From contig JBODTK010000100.1 of assembly GCA_050613775.1 (NCBI GenBank), positions 496,001 to 560,000 on the forward strand: a stretch of 64,000 bases of DNA. The letters are read 5' to 3'. Positions 1 through 10,997 of this stretch are shown here, in pieces; the stretch's first letter is position 1, and each line of letters starts with the position of its first letter. Made by a program: the position numbers and the translations under genes. The notes below the pieces were generated by a model that made no database searches, was not told the DNA's origin, and saw only the letters and a program-made list of their open reading frames with translations. The stretch comes from Neocallimastix sp. 'constans'. Its lineage: Eukaryota.

Positions 1-2194
1 ATCATCAAATTTTGATGGATGAGGAAAGCGTAGAAATTACCACCTTCACCACGAAATTTGGTAACTACCAATTCAAGGTTATGCCTTTTGGTTTAACCGG
101 AGCCCCAGCTACATTTCAAAGGGAAATGAATAGGATTCTTTTCCCATTTATAGGAAAGTTTGTTTTTAACTTTATAGATGATATTTTAATATACTCTAAG
201 AGTATAAAAGAACACATAAGCCACATTAGGCAAGTGTTGGAAGTATTTCGCCAACACAAATTGAAAATTAACATTGAAAAATGTGCCTTTATGCAGACTG
301 AAGTAGAAGTCTTAGGTCATAAGGCATCAGTGAAATGTTTAAGTCCCCAGGATAGCAAAATTAAGGCTATCAAGGAGTGAGTAGCACCTGTTGATGTTCA
401 TGAATTACGATCTTTTCTTGGAGCAGTAGGATATTATAGAAACTTTATTGATAAATATGCTCAAATCTCTGCTCCTTTATGTAAATTATTAAGAAAGAAT
501 GTTAATTATAAATGGAATACTGAACATCAACAAAGTTTTGATCTGTTAAAAGAAAAATTAATAAATGCTCCAATTTTAAAATATCCAAGTTTTAATCAAA
601 GGTTTATAATTAGAACGGATGCTTCCTATGAAGGTATTGGAGGAGTATTACTCAAGAAGATTTAGAAACCAAAAAGGAACATCCAGTTCATTATATAAGT
701 AGAAGTTTAAGTAAAGCCGAGAAAAATTATGGCATTACTGACTTGGAAGGAGCTGCATTAATTTATTGTATTACTAAGTTGAAATCTTATATATTAGGAA
801 ATCCTAATAAAACAGTAGTAATAACAGATCATAAACCTTTAATCAGTTTCTTTAAAAATAAGGAACCTAATAATGCTAGGCAAGCAAGGTGGTGCTTAAC
901 TGTTAGTACCCTTGGTGTTGAAATTCAATATCAAATGGGTAAGAAAAATGTGTTAGCCGATGCATTATCTAGGATGAAGAAAAGAGATGATTCCATGGTA
1001 TTGGCAACTAAGTTAACTTCAAAGGAAGAAGAAGAGTTGCTTTCTAAAACTATTAAAGACTTTATAAATGAAAAATTTGTTACGATAGATGGTAAAGATT
1101 ATTTTGTTGATGGTAATGACTATCGTAAATTAATTACGGATCAAACGGAAAGAGTAAAACTTATTTTAGAAGCCCATAAGATAGGTCATGAGGGATATTA
1201 TAAGACTTATCAAAGGCTTCGTAAAAGTTTTTATTGGAATAATATGGTGATGGATATTAAAAGAGTGGTGCAAAGTTGTGACAAGTGTCAGTTGAATAGG
1301 TCACAACCATATCCAGAACCTACAGAAAATATTCCAACTAAAGTAGAAGGTCCTTTTATACATTTGGGTTTAGATATTATTGGACCTTTGATTAAAACGA
1401 AGAATAATAATCAATACATTATGGTTGTGGTGGATTACTTCACCAAATGGGTTGAAGCAGAACCCACGGAAAATATAACATCACAGGATGTGATTAAGTT
1501 CTTAATTAATGTGTTTGCTCGTCATGGTGTTCCACAGGTAATAACAACTGACAATGGTGTTCAGTTCACCTCGGACATGACGAAAATATTTTTAGATCTC
1601 TATGATGTATATGTGAAGTTTATTTCCACATATCATCCTGAAAGTAATGGACTTACGGAAAACCGTAATAAAGAGATCGGCAAGTTATTGAGGTTGTTGG
1701 GTTCTAAGAATAAGGATTGGGATGAAGTTTTACCATCCGCCTTATGGGCTCTTAGAACTACCAAAAATAAGGTAACAAAACATTCAAGTTTTGAGTTGGT
1801 TTATGGTAGGGAGGATCAGCAGCCTTTTGATATTGCTGCTAGACCTACCAAGGATATTAATAAGTCATCGGATGAAGTGTTGTTAGAAAAATTTATAAAT
1901 CATTACCGATGGACTTTAGAAGCAGCCGAAAATGTTAAAAATGCAAATAAGTATTGGGCTGCTAGAAGAGAGGAAAAGAATAGTTTGAATGAGGGAAAAA
2001 GAATTAGGGAAGGTGATTTAGTTCTAGTTAGAAATTTTTCAAGAACTAAACTAGAACCTTATTTTGTTGGTCCTCTTAAAGTTATAAAAAAACAGTTTAA
2101 TACGGTTACCTTGGCTGATCCAAATTCTGGAATTCAAATGAATAGGAATGTTCATTTGAAGAATATAGTCAAGTATAACTCAGCTTCGATGTAG
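1..2194 (+). pseudogene. pol: Ty3/Gypsy pol (RT-RNaseH-integrase), family A, 5'-truncated by window edge, disrupted
   Basis: MPFGLTGAPATFQ and NFIDD (RT), TDHKPL and NVLADALSR (RNase H), H-H-C-C zinc finger, DIIGP, TDNGVQF and GPLKV (integrase). In-frame TGA at 378-380 where family E has Trp, and a frameshift near 652. Close homologue of pol at 24425-27334. Confidence 0.95.
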
Positions 2195-2217
2195 CTTGAG
2201 TTTTAGAGGGGGCATCA

Positions 2218-3226
2218 TGGTAAAGAATGAATTAATAACCTTTATTTTATTATTAATAATTCTTTACTAAATTGTACTTTCCTATATTCTTGATAACCTA
2301 AACTTAATAATAAAATTTAATTTATTTTGATATAAATTAATTTTAACTTGTAAATAATGTAAATAAATTTTAATTAATTATTTTATTGTTATATTATTAA
2401 AAATATGTATATTAAAATACAATTGTAAATATTAAAATTATACTTTTAAGATACTAAACTATTAAAACTATTAATTAAATATTATTATAAAAATTATTAT
2501 AAAATTATTAAAATTATTAATTAAATATTATTCTAAAAATTATTATAAATTATTAATATTATAAAATTATTAAAATTATTAAATATTATTATAAAAATTT
2601 ATATATTATAACTATTAAATATTATTATAAAATTATTAAGATTATTAATTAAATTTATTATTAAAAATTATTATTAAAAATTTTTACTTATTATAAAAAT
2701 TATTATTTAAATATTATCAAATTTATTAATTAAATATTATAAAAATTTTATTTTATTTTGAAAATAATTACAAGTATTATTTAAAATAATTAAAGATTAT
2801 TAAATTTATTATATTAATCTTTAAAAACAATTTATTTAACTTAAAAATATCAAAGAAAATAGTAAAAACTATTTTCTATATATTTATTTTATAATTATTT
2901 TTAATTAAATTATATTTGAATATTATATTATTATATTTATAAAAATTAAAACAAAAATGAATTATTGATATAAAATTAATTCAATAATTCTATAAAATTA
3001 CTTAAATTATAAACAATTAATTATACTTTAAATTTATAAAAAAATATAAATATTGTAACAATTTCTTAAAAATTAAATATGTGTACTTTAAATAATAAAC
3101 TTTTATATTAATAAAAAAAATAAATAACTTTTAATAAAGAATTATTTTTTTTAAAATCAAAGCAGGGTAATACCCGTCCCCCCCTGCTTGATTTTAAATA
3201 TCTAAGTGTCAACCCCGAGTCTACCA
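2218..3226 (+). mobile_element. 3' LTR of family A (TGGTA...TACCA)
   Basis: Preceded by polypurine tract TAGAGGGGGCATCA; near-identical solo copy at 54590-55557; internal hairpin AAATCAAAGCAGGG...CCCTGCTTGATTT. Confidence 0.92.
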
Positions 3227-3231
3227 ATATT

Positions 3232-4140
3232 TGTAATAATTCTATTAAGAACTAACTCAAAATAGAATTATTAACTACAACTTAACGACTAATTCATTAA
3301 GGTGAGAAAATGAAATAAAATAAATTTTTTACCTTTAATGTAGAGTTTATTATAAAATTAATTATAATAATAACACAACATGTAAGAGAAGAATTGTTTG
3401 TATAAATTGATCTTAAAAATATGTTTTTGAATAAAATATTTTTATTAATTTATTAAAGTTAAAAATATAAAAATGTTACTATTATAACTATGTTTTTTAT
3501 AATAATAACTCTTGATTTCTCAAAGAGAACTCAAGAGCCTTATTTATATTTTTTTATGAAAATAAGGTTAAATAAGAAAGGGTTTTCTAATCTTAACAAA
3601 TCTCTTATCTAGGAAAAGATTAGATAGAAAAACCTAGATAAGTTTTCGATCGATATTCTATCCATATCGATCATCGCATTAATTAAGTAAAATCGATTAC
3701 TTCTAAAAAGTAATTGGAAAAAATCTTAATTAACCGATTTTCCAATCTAATGATCGAAAATAAAAGAATAAAATAATAAAAGATATTTCGATCATATAAT
3801 TTATCCTTATATTAAAAATATAAAATTAAATAGTTAATAAAATACAGAATACATTATAAAATACAGAATACATTATAAAATACAGAATACATTATAAAAT
3901 ACAGAATACATTATAAAATACAGAATACAATACAAAATACATTAGTTACAATAGAGAATTTAGCATATTTTAAATATATTATTTAAAATTAATTAAATAA
4001 ATTTTGTTAAATTAATGAATATTTAAAATTAAAATAAATAAATTTAATAAATATTATATGTAATTAAATAAAGTTATAGTTATAATAACTTAACTAAGAA
4101 AATATAATTATTTGCTAACAAATAATTATAGATTCTTACA
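3232..4140 (-). mobile_element. Solo LTR family B (self-priming class)
   Basis: Matches the LTRs of the full element 28198-35294; TSD ATATT/ATATT. Confidence 0.93.
3838..3930. repeat. 19-bp minisatellite (TAAAATACAGAATACATTA)n inside family B LTRs
   Basis: Tandem copies here and in every family B LTR, with variable copy number. Confidence 0.9.
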
Positions 4141-4144
4141 ATAT

Positions 4145-4714
4145 TGGTACGGTGCCGAATTAAAAATATAATTTTAATATAAATAGTAAAGTTAAATAGG
4201 AAATAATTATAAAATAATTATATATAATAATATTAATTAAATTTAAAATAATATAAAAAAAATATTAGTAAAGATAGTAAAGATAATATATAAATTGAAC
4301 CAATAGGATTTAATAAAAATAAATATATAAATATGAAAGAAAAATGATTTTTTTAGACAGACTTAGTTTAATTAGTTTAGAATTAGGAATTTATAAATCT
4401 AAGTCAGAGATACTTAGAAAATAATTATTTTAGTTAAATTTAAAATAAATACTTATTAAAGTTAAGGTTTAATTATTCAAGGGAATAGATTAAAATAACT
4501 AATAAGTATTTAAAAATAATTAATGTAAAAAAAAATATATATATATATTTTAATAAAACAAAACGACAACAAATATTCTTTTATCTTTTTCTTATTATTT
4601 TTATTTAATCTTTTTGTGTGATAATTATTATAATTCTTTTATTAGAATATATAATTTTATAATAAAACTTGCATTCACGAACCACCCGATACAATATAAA
4701 AATTATTCGTATCA
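4145..4714 (+). mobile_element. Solo LTR family C (class 1 type, TGGTAC...CGTATCA)
   Basis: TG..CA termini, ATAT/ATAT 4-bp TSD, related to 40639-41185. Confidence 0.8.
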
Positions 4715-4719
4715 ATATT

Positions 4720-4961
4720 TGTAATAATTTAATTAAAAAATTATAATTAAATTATTAATCATTAATATTAGCTCTAACTGCTAATATTAAAGGTTTAGAA
4801 AAGAATCATACTTACCTATGGTTCTTTCTAATTATCGAGTTTATTATAACGAATTATAATAGACGAAACACTAAAATTGATAAGGAAAAGTTTTAATTAT
4901 AAAATTTGTTTTATTAAAATAATTTGTTTTATTATTTATTAGAAACTTTAAATATTAAAAC

Positions 4962-5015
<54 letters not shown>

Positions 5016-5752
5016 TATAATTGTTATAATAATAACTCTTGATTTCTCAAAGAGAACTCAAGAGCCTTATTTATACTTTTTTTGTCAAAATAAGGTTAAA
5101 ATCAAAAGGAGTTCTAATCTTAACAAATCTCTTATCTAGGAAAAGACTAGAAGAAAAACCTAGATAAGTTTTTTGATCGATATTCTATCCATATCGATCA
5201 TCGCGTTAATTAAGTAAAACCGATTACTTTTAAGAAGTAATTGGAAAAACCTTAATTAACCGATTACTTAATCTAATATAATGATCGAAAATAAAAGAAT
5301 AAAATAATGAAAATTATTTCGATCATAAAATTTAAAATTTAATCTATTTAGTTCTATTTTATAGAACTTTACATAAAAAATATAAAACAATACATTAATA
5401 ATAAAATACATGATTAATACAATACAGAATACATGATAGAATACAGAATACATGATAAAATACAGAATAGTGTTTTAGTTTATGATTTAATAAGTGAGAG
5501 AAAACTAAAACTAATAAATTTAATAATTAAGTGAATAATTAAATAAATTTAATATTATTTTAAATGTATAAAAATTATTTGATTAAATAAATTTTTAATA
5601 TTAAACTAAATAAAATTTTAATATATAATTAAATAAATTATTAATTATAATTAATTGTATAAATGAAATATGAGTTAAATAAAAGTTATATTAATTATAA
5701 CCTAACTAAGAAAATATAATTATTTTGTTAAAAATAATTATAGATTCTTACA
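4720..5752 (-). mobile_element. Solo LTR family D (self-priming class)
   Basis: Near-identical inverted copy at 18192-19190; flanks ATATT/CAAAT do not match. Confidence 0.9.
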
Positions 5753-5758
5753 CAAATA

Positions 5759-6222
5759 TGATACGATATTTTACTTATGTATCTAAATTAATATTTATTT
5801 ATGGGCAATGACAATAAGGAATTATGACAAAATAATATATTCTAATATTAAATAGAAATAACACATACAATAATACAAAATAAAGTAATAAATATATCTT
5901 TTTAATGTACTCTTTATTTATTATTAATTATTAATTATTACATCAATTATTATTATTACTTTCTTATATAAATATTATAATTAATTATCTCAAATATATA
6001 TAATATCTCTTTTTAACTATACTAATATAAAATATAAAAATAGCTATTTATGTGAATTAATTTTTCATAAGTATATACTTATAAATAAAAGAATTCTCCG
6101 TTTAATAATTATTATTATAAAATTATATATTGTTATAAAATTATTGCTGACCAATAATATTTAAGTATTTCTTTAACCTAAAGAATCTACCTAAATATCA
6201 TATTTATAGTGGTTACGTATCA
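5759..6222 (-). mobile_element. 3' LTR of a truncated family J element
   Basis: Reverse complement of solo LTR 54122-54584; on the - strand it is preceded by GACTTCAGGGGACGAAGTC...AAGTGGGGGCGTCT (PPT). Confidence 0.9.
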
Positions 6223-6335
6223 AGACGCCCCCACTTAAATTAGACTTCGTCCCCTGAAGTCTCTATATAACAATATAATAAATTTTTTTTTTTTTTTTTT
6301 TAATTTGTTTATTAAAATTTATTATTAGATTTATT

Positions 6336-6378
<43 letters not shown>

Positions 6379-6508
6379 TTAAATTTTTGAATTAATGATT
6401 ATTTTAATTTTTGAAATTCGAAATCTTGAAATTTCGAATTAATTTAATTTAAATTATTGTTATATATATATATAATTATTTATTTATTAATACTTCATCA
6501 TAATTAAA

Positions 6509-7503
6509 TTATTTATTTATTTTTTTTTTTTTATTTCTATTATTTTTATTATTTTTATTATTATTATTATTATTGTTATTATTATTTCTGTTTTTATTAT
6601 AATTCATTTCGTTAATATTAATAACATTTTTATTTTCGTTATTTGTATAATTATCATTGTTATTAGTATTGTTATTATTAAAACCACTATTATTTCCTAC
6701 TGAATTTATATTTCTATTATATTCATTATTGTTTTTATTTATATTATTTCCAATTATATTATCTTGAGTATTATCTATATTTGAATTAAACGTATTTTCT
6801 ACACAATTGTTATTTAAATTATTGTTGAAATTAATTTCATTTCCAATATTTACATCTTTATTTCTTTGTATATTATAATTTATACCATGATTATTGTATA
6901 TTCTATTTTTTTTTGTATTCATATTCTCATTTAAACTACTGTTATTGTTATTGGTACTAAAATTTTTATTTAAATCATAATTACTTTTATTTAGATAATT
7001 ATTTAAATTATTAGAATTATTATTACCAAAATTATTATTTAAATTATAATTATTTCTATAAATTTCTTTATTTCCATTATGCTTTTTACTAAAACTAATC
7101 ATATTATGATGATTTTCAGCAATATTACTATTTAAATTATAATTTCTACGATAATAATTATTATAGCTTTTATTTCTATCATATGAATTAAATTTATAAT
7201 TATAATTATTATGGTTTCCAGGTATAAATTTTCTTCTTTTATTTATTTCCAAAATTCCAGTTCTTTCTAATTCCGCTAATTCTTTAAATGTGTGTCTACA
7301 ATTAACAGCTTTATGACCTAACTCATAACATCTAAAGCACATAATTTTATTATTCTTATTGAAATAGTCGTCTAAGATAGTGATGAAGTATTTATTATTG
7401 TTAATGGAGTTGATGACAGGTCCAACAAGATCCATATGAATAAGATCTAAAATTTGACTTGTTTTATTTGTTGAAACTTTATAAGGTTTATTTTTTAGTT
7501 TTG
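6509..7503 (-). pseudogene. Chimeric remnant: Ty1/Copia-like integrase fragment joined to a Gypsy gag zinc knuckle and Asn-rich tail
   Basis: Reading frame KNKPYKVSTNKTSQILDLIHMDLVGPVINSINNNKYFITILDDY (Copia IN core start), then CFRCYELGHKAVNC (CCHC). Confidence 0.7.
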
Positions 7504-7572
7504 GAGTTGATGTATGTTGGGCATTTAATTTTTATATTAATATTTTTATATTAATACTTTATTATTGAATTG

Positions 7573-7604
<32 letters not shown>

Positions 7605-7724
7605 AGTAAAGAAAGAAAAAAAAATTTTTTTTTTTTTTTGTTTTTTTATTAATTATTTTTTTTTTCATTAATAAATTTTTTTTTTCAGTAATTATTTTTT
7701 TTTCAGAAATTATTATTATTATTA

Positions 7725-7756
<32 letters not shown>

Positions 7757-7815
7757 AATAAAAATGCTTCTACTTTTTGATGCAATAAATAAATCGAAAA
7801 AAAAGGAAAATATAT

Positions 7816-7897
7816 CGTCACCTGCAGGACTCGAACCTGCGCTCCCAAAGGGAAATGGCTTAGCAGGCCACCGCGTTAACCACTCCGCCAAAATGAC
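7816..7897 (-). tRNA. tRNA-Ser (anticodon GCT), intronless
   Basis: GTCATTTTGGCGGAGTGGTTAACGCGGTGGCCTGCTAAGCCATTTCCCTTTGGGAGCGCAGGTTCGAGTCCTGCAGGTGACG: 82 nt, A box, long variable arm, GGTTCGAGTCC B box, oligo-T terminator downstream. Confidence 0.97.
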
Positions 7898-8530
7898 TTC
7901 TTGTTTTTTCTTTGATGCATGTCCAGTAAAAATAATAGAAAATAATAGAAAAATTATTTAGAAAAATTATTAATATAAATATTTATTAAAAATTAATTTT
8001 ATATAATGAATCTTAAAATATATTATTAATATATTATTAAAGATAATTTATTATTATTAATTATTAAAATATTAAATTAAATAATAATATTAAAAATATT
8101 AAAAGAATTGTTGATAATATAGTAAAATTAGTTATATTAATTATAACGGAGATTGAATGTTTAATTAAATTGATGTTAATATTAAAATAATTTTTAAATA
8201 ATGTTAAACAAGATGAATTAATAGTTATAAGTAAAAAGTTATGAATATTTATATTTATTAATTAATTTTAGTGTTTCGATAAATAAAATTTATAAAATTA
8301 GTAAAAAATATAATTATGAAAATAATTTATAAATAAATATTTTCTTTTTTTTTAAGGAATAATAATAAAACATGTATTTTTTTATGATAAAATATAATAA
8401 ATAAAATAATAAAAGATAAATAAATAAAAAGTAAATATAATTATTGTAATATAATATTCTTGGAGTAATTCCCTTTTGCACAAACGCCCAACTAACATAT
8501 ACGGTATTTAATAAAATATCGTATCAAAAA

Positions 8531-8547
8531 TGGTGGAGAATCCGGGC
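8531..8547 (+). promoter_or_regulatory. Primer binding site, tRNA-Ala type
   Basis: TGGTGGAGAATCCGGGC is complementary to ...GCCCGGATTCTCCACCA, typical of eukaryotic tRNA-Ala 3' ends. Confidence 0.8.
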
Positions 8548-8676
8548 GTGCAAACCAAGAATATTATGAAATTTATATTTATATTGATATTTACTTTTTA
8601 AAAAATAAAGACAATTAAATAATTAATATTAAATTAAAATTAAATAATTAATTTTTTTATAATAGTAATATATAAA

Positions 8677-8739
<63 letters not shown>

Positions 8740-9366
8740 GCCTAAAATTATTATGATTATTATTAAATAATAATTAAAGGTAACTGGGAGTTCGAACCAG
8801 AATAAAAACGAATAAGTCTTTAATTATTATTATTAGTATAGTTAATTTTTTTTTATTATCATCTTTATTAGTAATTAAAGACAACTGGGAATTCGGACCA
8901 GTATAAAAACGAATAAACCTTTAATTAAGAAATGATATTATAATAAAAAGTAGTAATAGTTTAGTATAAAAATTAATATTAAATAATATTTTATTAATAG
9001 TATATGTGATAATATTTAGAAAAAAAAAAAATAATAGATAATATTTTAATAATAATAATAAATAATATTTTAGTAATGGTGAATTAAGTAATAATTAATA
9101 ATAATAAATGATATTTTAGTAATAGTGAATTAAGTAATAATTAATAATAATAAATAATATTTTAGTAATAGTAATATTTTAGTAATAGTGTATAAAATAA
9201 GAATTAATAATAATAATAATAATAATTAAATGATATTTTAGTAATAGTGAATTAAGTAATAATTAATAATAATAAATAATATTTTAGTAATAGTGAATTA
9301 ATAATTAATAATAATAAATAATATTTTAATAATAGTAATATTTTAGTAATAGTATATAAAATAAGA

Positions 9367-9397
<31 letters not shown>

Positions 9398-9499
9398 GTA
9401 ATAATAATAACAATAATAATAACAATAATAAAAATAACATTATTATACTCGTAAAAGTATATAAGAATATAATTTCAAATTAAAATAATAATTAGATAA

Positions 9500-10804
9500 A
9501 TGGCGGACGCTTCGAAAATTAGAAGAGACTTACCATACTTAGCAAATTATGGTAAGGACATAGATTCTTGGATAGAAGATTTCAAAAATGTTATGGAAAT
9601 TTACAACATCGAGGAACCAAACAAAATTTTTATTTGGGTAAAGAACGCAGTAGAGGCTGACATAAAAAACCTTTTAAAATCTTTATGTACTACAAGAAAT
9701 AATGTTAAAAGGTTTCCCTCATATAAAGAAATCCAGAGAGCCATTGAAGATTATTTAGAAATTACTCAAAATGATAAGTGTTCAATTTTAAAGGCCTTAA
9801 AAATAAAAAGAAATGAAACAATTAAAGGATTTAATTATAATTATTTAACTCTTTATCATCGACTTGACTTGGAATATAAAAAATTAATATGTGTCGATGA
9901 TTATTTAAATGCTATACATGATAGGGTATATGTACATTCTCAAGTAATTTTGGCCAACTGTAAAACATTAACAGAAGCGTTCGAAGTAGCAGAACGTGCA
10001 GAAAAAGCTGAAGTACGAACTATAACAAACAAAAATTCTCAGAATGTTATGGTATATCAAAACAACATAAATAAAAATAATAACAATTTATTAAATCATC
10101 CAATTTATAGGAGCTTAAGAGAACATGGAAATAATTTAGATAATTCATATCAAGCGTCATCATATGTTATGGGTTATATAAATGAAAACTCCACCAATAA
10201 TAGAATGTTTACACCAGGTAGATATAGTAACAATAAAAATAAAAGTTTTAATAATAATAATAATTATTATCACGGAGTAGAACAAATTCAACAAAATAAT
10301 ACTTATGATACAAGAAGATTCTATAATAACTACGAACCAAAAGCTAGAAAATCAGTTATGTGTTACTCATGTAAACAAGTAGGACATAAAGCTTATGAAT
10401 GTCCTAATAATAAAAATAATGGTAGTAATAGAAATAATAATCTTTATAATATGAATAATAATGATATGGGTAATAATTATAATAATAATTTTGATTATAA
10501 TAATAATAGTAATAAATATAACAATTATTATAATAATAGTAATAAAAATGGCTACAATAATTCTTTTAATGGTAGTAATTATTACTTTAATAAAAATAAT
10601 AAATTTACTGGAAATAATATTGCTAATAGAAATAATCATAATTTTAATGAGAATAATATTCCCACTGGAAATAATAATTTTAATAGAAATTCTAATGGAA
10701 TAAATCAGGATATTAATACTACTAGTTCAAATATTAATAGTAATTTCAAAGCTAATGTAAATAATAATAATAATAATGGAGATAGCTTTAATAATTTAAA
10801 CTAA
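9500..10804 (+). CDS. gag: Gag, family I
   Basis: 434 aa; CCHC knuckle CYSCKQVGHKAYEC; Asn-rich C-terminus; ends at slippery site TTTAAAC. Confidence 0.92.
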   Translation: MADASKIRRDLPYLANYGKDIDSWIEDFKNVMEIYNIEEPNKIFIWVKNAVEADIKNLLKSLCTTRNNVKRFPSYKEIQRAIEDYLEITQNDKCSILKALKIKRNETIKGFNYNYLTLYHRLDLEYKKLICVDDYLNAIHDRVYVHSQVILANCKTLTEAFEVAERAEKAEVRTITNKNSQNVMVYQNNINKNNNNLLNHPIYRSLREHGNNLDNSYQASSYVMGYINENSTNNRMFTPGRYSNNKNKSFNNNNNYYHGVEQIQQNNTYDTRRFYNNYEPKARKSVMCYSCKQVGHKAYECPNNKNNGSNRNNNLYNMNNNDMGNNYNNNFDYNNNSNKYNNYYNNSNKNGYNNSFNGSNYYFNKNNKFTGNNIANRNNHNFNENNIPTGNNNFNRNSNGINQDINTTSSNINSNFKANVNNNNNNGDSFNNLN

Positions 10805-10966
10805 ATAATGGGAGAAGGACAACTCCCGTTAACCAAACCAAACTTCAAACTTATAATAAAAATAATAGTATTAATGAAGAATATGTAAATTTAACATACT
10901 CTCCCAAGTTAAATAATAATACTATGAAAATAAAAAATAATTATAATAATACTAATGATAATAATT

Positions 10967-10997
<31 letters not shown>

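Noticed and set aside
4924..5453. Short ORFs at 4924, 5268, 18491 and 18777
   Set aside because: They lie inside family D LTRs and are driven by microsatellites and AT bias.
7546..7961. ORFs 7546-7848 and 7764-7961
   Set aside because: They are artefacts of homopolymer runs and of reading through the tRNA gene.
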